Part shown: in pieces, positions 63,001 to 64,000 of the stretch
Layout of the letters: each line of letters opens with the position of its first letter
How positions within the stretch are numbered: the first letter of the stretch is position 1
Assembly (NCBI GenBank): GCA_902773055.1
Contig: CACYCZ010000078.1
Location: forward strand, 9,482-73,481
Source: an uncultured Bacteroidales bacterium
GTDB taxonomy: Bacteria; Bacteroidota; Bacteroidia; Bacteroidales; Bacteroidaceae
DNA length: 64,000 nt
Direction: 5' to 3'
Notes under the pieces: generated by a model
What the model saw: the letters and a program-made list of their open reading frames with translations, nothing else
Database searches by the model: none
Told to the model about the DNA's origin: nothing
Made by a program: the position numbers and the translations under genes

Positions 63001-64000
63001 GAGCAAGCCGGGCAAGTTCAACGTGGACGTGTTCGCATCAAAGGATGAGAGAAGGGAGTCGATGAACGGCGTGTACCATGACGAGAGCGGCTACGGTGTG
63101 GCATCGGACGGTGTGGTGCTGATATACGACAAGAACCTCTATGACAAGAGCAAGAATGGCAAGAGTGTCGCCACGCACAAGATTAAAGGCCGCTATGAGA
63201 AAGGCGACGTACTGCAGGAGGACAGGTATCCGTCATGGCAGAAGGTGATACCTCACTACGGCAGGAAAGCCAGGGTGGACATGAAAGGTCTGCGCGACTT
63301 CCTCGCCGGTGTGGCAGAGAAGCAGAAAGAGAGATGGGATGCCTATAAGGCTGACGGCGGCAAGTCGAGTATGAAGAACTATACGGAAAATAACGAAGTG
63401 ATACTGCGCCTGCCTGACGGCTCTTACATCGGCATGAGGGTGAACGCTCTCAACGCGCTGGTCAGCGGAGCCACGGAGATGGGTCTTGACGAGTTGCAGT
63501 GGGAAGGCACGGACATGTCGAGGGCTTTGTTCTTCGAGGGCGAGCGAGGCGGCGTGATGGCTATGCCTGTGGTTATCGACGGGTCATTCGTGGAGGGGAA
63601 CGATTACTTCTATGACATGAGCGCCGGAGCTTCAACCGGTTACAAAAAGGCACCGGTTGACAGCGACATGCAGCCATCTGCAGAGGCGGAGGCTGAAGTA
63701 GAATCTACGGAATCAGGGAAGGATGGAACTACGGAATTAGGGAATGACGGAATTACGGAGGCTGACATGGGAAGTGAGCCACTGATAAAGGGCGACAAAT
63801 GGGAACGCACGCCGGCTCCGGAGAAAAACACCGTCAATGGCAAGAGAGGGCAGACACGCTATGATGTCACCTATACGATAGGAGAAGGCAAGACGAAGTA
63901 TGGCATGACTAAGGCCGACTCCGACATGCTGCATTATATTTTGGAAGATTATAATGACGACTTGAGGGCGATATGGAATACTTACGAGCGTGGAGGCATC
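60083..64000 (+). CDS. Giant modular 'polyvalent-protein'-like ORF (partial; continues past the right edge; start uncertain)
   Basis: The frame with codon starts at positions = 2 mod 3 is open from 59918 to the window end. It is not in the ORF track because it has no stop. The first ATG is at 60083. Globular modules are separated by recurring GSTESGKDG-type linkers. One module has an inorganic-pyrophosphatase-like motif (GNYRKGHVRIDGYDITIENPKGSER..VDGDHIDVFLSDDP). Confidence 0.7.
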   Translation, partial: MTELRKLKELKGKQTGRTDLLRRMGLITVQTDKAVNGKMVQQFTRKQLDGMTESGKDGSTESGKEGSTELGNGENNTEADAMPMVKVNGKMKPDYMAAPVERTRRHIYEEKGLSREEGDAFVQANIDAASKELEKREKKAPVMGTDIDDYLEKKQAWQAEMDGLQRQKEYWESVKKEQDKTTGMNFFAGQDKVSAEMQEAQRDLAGDTAAMELLSDTAPHTLEELASVMLSQGKKGVKLMLNDETEDGKIVKGVSSHTGYSRADLEKMPFLFATRAKGGMSPEEFAHELLTAAREEGIPFDESDANAGLTAVLNLLGDVRSQSDINNYIQSHRIAEARNIHEANLRQEAEWQEQQRLAKQVASRLGMSEEEWDAYISSIEAELAAQDAYYASDDYRNNITQTDTNDNGTTGTGPAAEGAGVEGTQGQADRPDGPAAQNGTEEGKEIPADDRRGSDGSSAGREQSGLAQAEEVDENGHPFIKSSDGTINFGYIGEDSGLQPAPIRLSEGFQDAEGKGYGLAHIEANHGKQIRDAGFASVKDFVAFVAQNYDEDNIRVGKRRENGNTTYLLQVQDEHDNTLFVEMSRDGSYWNVNSAGIFRKGYSNKKETVTKTEPQQPNNAVPTDSSLSVNGESGITSTEPNGESTVSTGKVSETSETAQENAGENNGSTESRKDGSTESGNDGATEAEFAGNLFDEVNAAIAKAESEVDTSPTDAQKEAGNYRKGHVRIDGYDITIENPKGSERSGTDAKGNRWTSKMNNTYGYIRGTEGVDGDHIDVFLSDDPTTGDVFVVDQVNPENGEFDEHKVMYGFPDMESARKAYLSNYSKGWKGLGNITPVSKEEFRKWIESSHRKTKPFAEYSSVKPLEEAAESGNHATTEAEDIVKLSDEVKDAMREYSQDMSTEKYVAWKEKESRLLAALGSLTDDELDGYVKSENGTLRDAARKEQGRRMTIRNIDTMFNDGIKAQGDISVESKPGKFNVDVFASKDERRESMNGVYHDESGYGVASDGVVLIYDKNLYDKSKNGKSVATHKIKGRYEKGDVLQEDRYPSWQKVIPHYGRKARVDMKGLRDFLAGVAEKQKERWDAYKADGGKSSMKNYTENNEVILRLPDGSYIGMRVNALNALVSGATEMGLDELQWEGTDMSRALFFEGERGGVMAMPVVIDGSFVEGNDYFYDMSAGASTGYKKAPVDSDMQPSAEAEAEVESTESGKDGTTELGNDGITEADMGSEPLIKGDKWERTPAPEKNTVNGKRGQTRYDVTYTIGEGKTKYGMTKADSDMLHYILEDYNDDLRAIWNTYERGGI
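60230..60300 (+). repeat. Coding tandem repeat (about 21-24 bp units, GGATCTACGGAATCAGGGAAG-like) encoding the (G)STESGKDG linker
   Basis: Related copies lie at about 60046-60100, 62078-62145, 62691-62724 and 63698-63766. All are read in the same frame of the long ORF. Confidence 0.8.

Larger units (their letters stand above)
59428..64000 (+). mobile_element. Probable edge of an integrated conjugative/mobilisable element or prophage (extends beyond the window)
   Basis: Content changes abruptly after the MmcQ-like gene. The large inverted repeat is followed by a giant multi-domain ORF with repeated linkers, a type characteristic of conjugative elements and phages. No integrase or att duplication is visible inside the window. 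Confidence 0.4.

Overview
This 64-kb segment looks like a Bacteroidales (Bacteroidota) chromosome of about 50% GC. Supporting signs are TAnnTTTG-type -7 promoter boxes, many lipoprotein or signal-peptide N-termini, and one T9SS C-terminal sorting domain. I support about 55 CDSs and saw no rRNA, tRNA or CRISPR array.

Gene content from left to right:
- mfd, partial, running off the left edge.
- A VTC-like polyphosphate polymerase / DUF4956 / DUF2490 / beta-helix lipoprotein cluster.
- A GH43-like hydrolase, PlsC, a metallophosphoesterase, a stand-alone MetH activation domain, and a GT2 polyprenol-phosphate glycosyltransferase.
- A PHP phosphoesterase, a tricorn-like S41 protease, an esterase and an HD protein.
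- rlmN-pdxA, followed without real gaps by a 4-gene putative lipid head-group cluster (NTP-transferase, ATP-grasp-like, CDP-alcohol phosphatidyltransferase, LPG-synthase-TM::HAD fusion).
- A peptidoglycan-salvage-like cluster: C69 dipeptidase, SpoIID, two AmpG-like permeases and a BadF-type sugar kinase.
- rpsA and rnz.
- A CTD-only T9SS mini-protein and an L,D-transpeptidase.
- An ECF sigma factor followed by a duplicated anti-sigma-like / periplasmic-protein module.
- A RIC(hemerythrin)-LuxR fusion regulator plus a double GT-A glycosyltransferase.
- Two SGNH hydrolases, a glutaredoxin-like protein and a NucA-type nuclease.
- A tightly packed 7-gene minus-strand sugar operon with no SusC/D.
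- An SBP lipoprotein and MmcQ/YjbR.

At about 59.4 kb there is a 29-bp perfect inverted repeat. After it a giant modular 'polyvalent-protein'-like ORF starts and runs off the right edge, which probably marks the edge of a mobile element.

Non-coding highlights:
- A ~105-bp element made of five 21-bp units occurs four times, always intergenic.
- A ~90-bp element with three CAGGCCTG palindromes phased at 22 bp occurs twice in inverted orientation.

Every functional call comes from motif and family recognition by eye. No database search or computation was possible, so family names are hypotheses.
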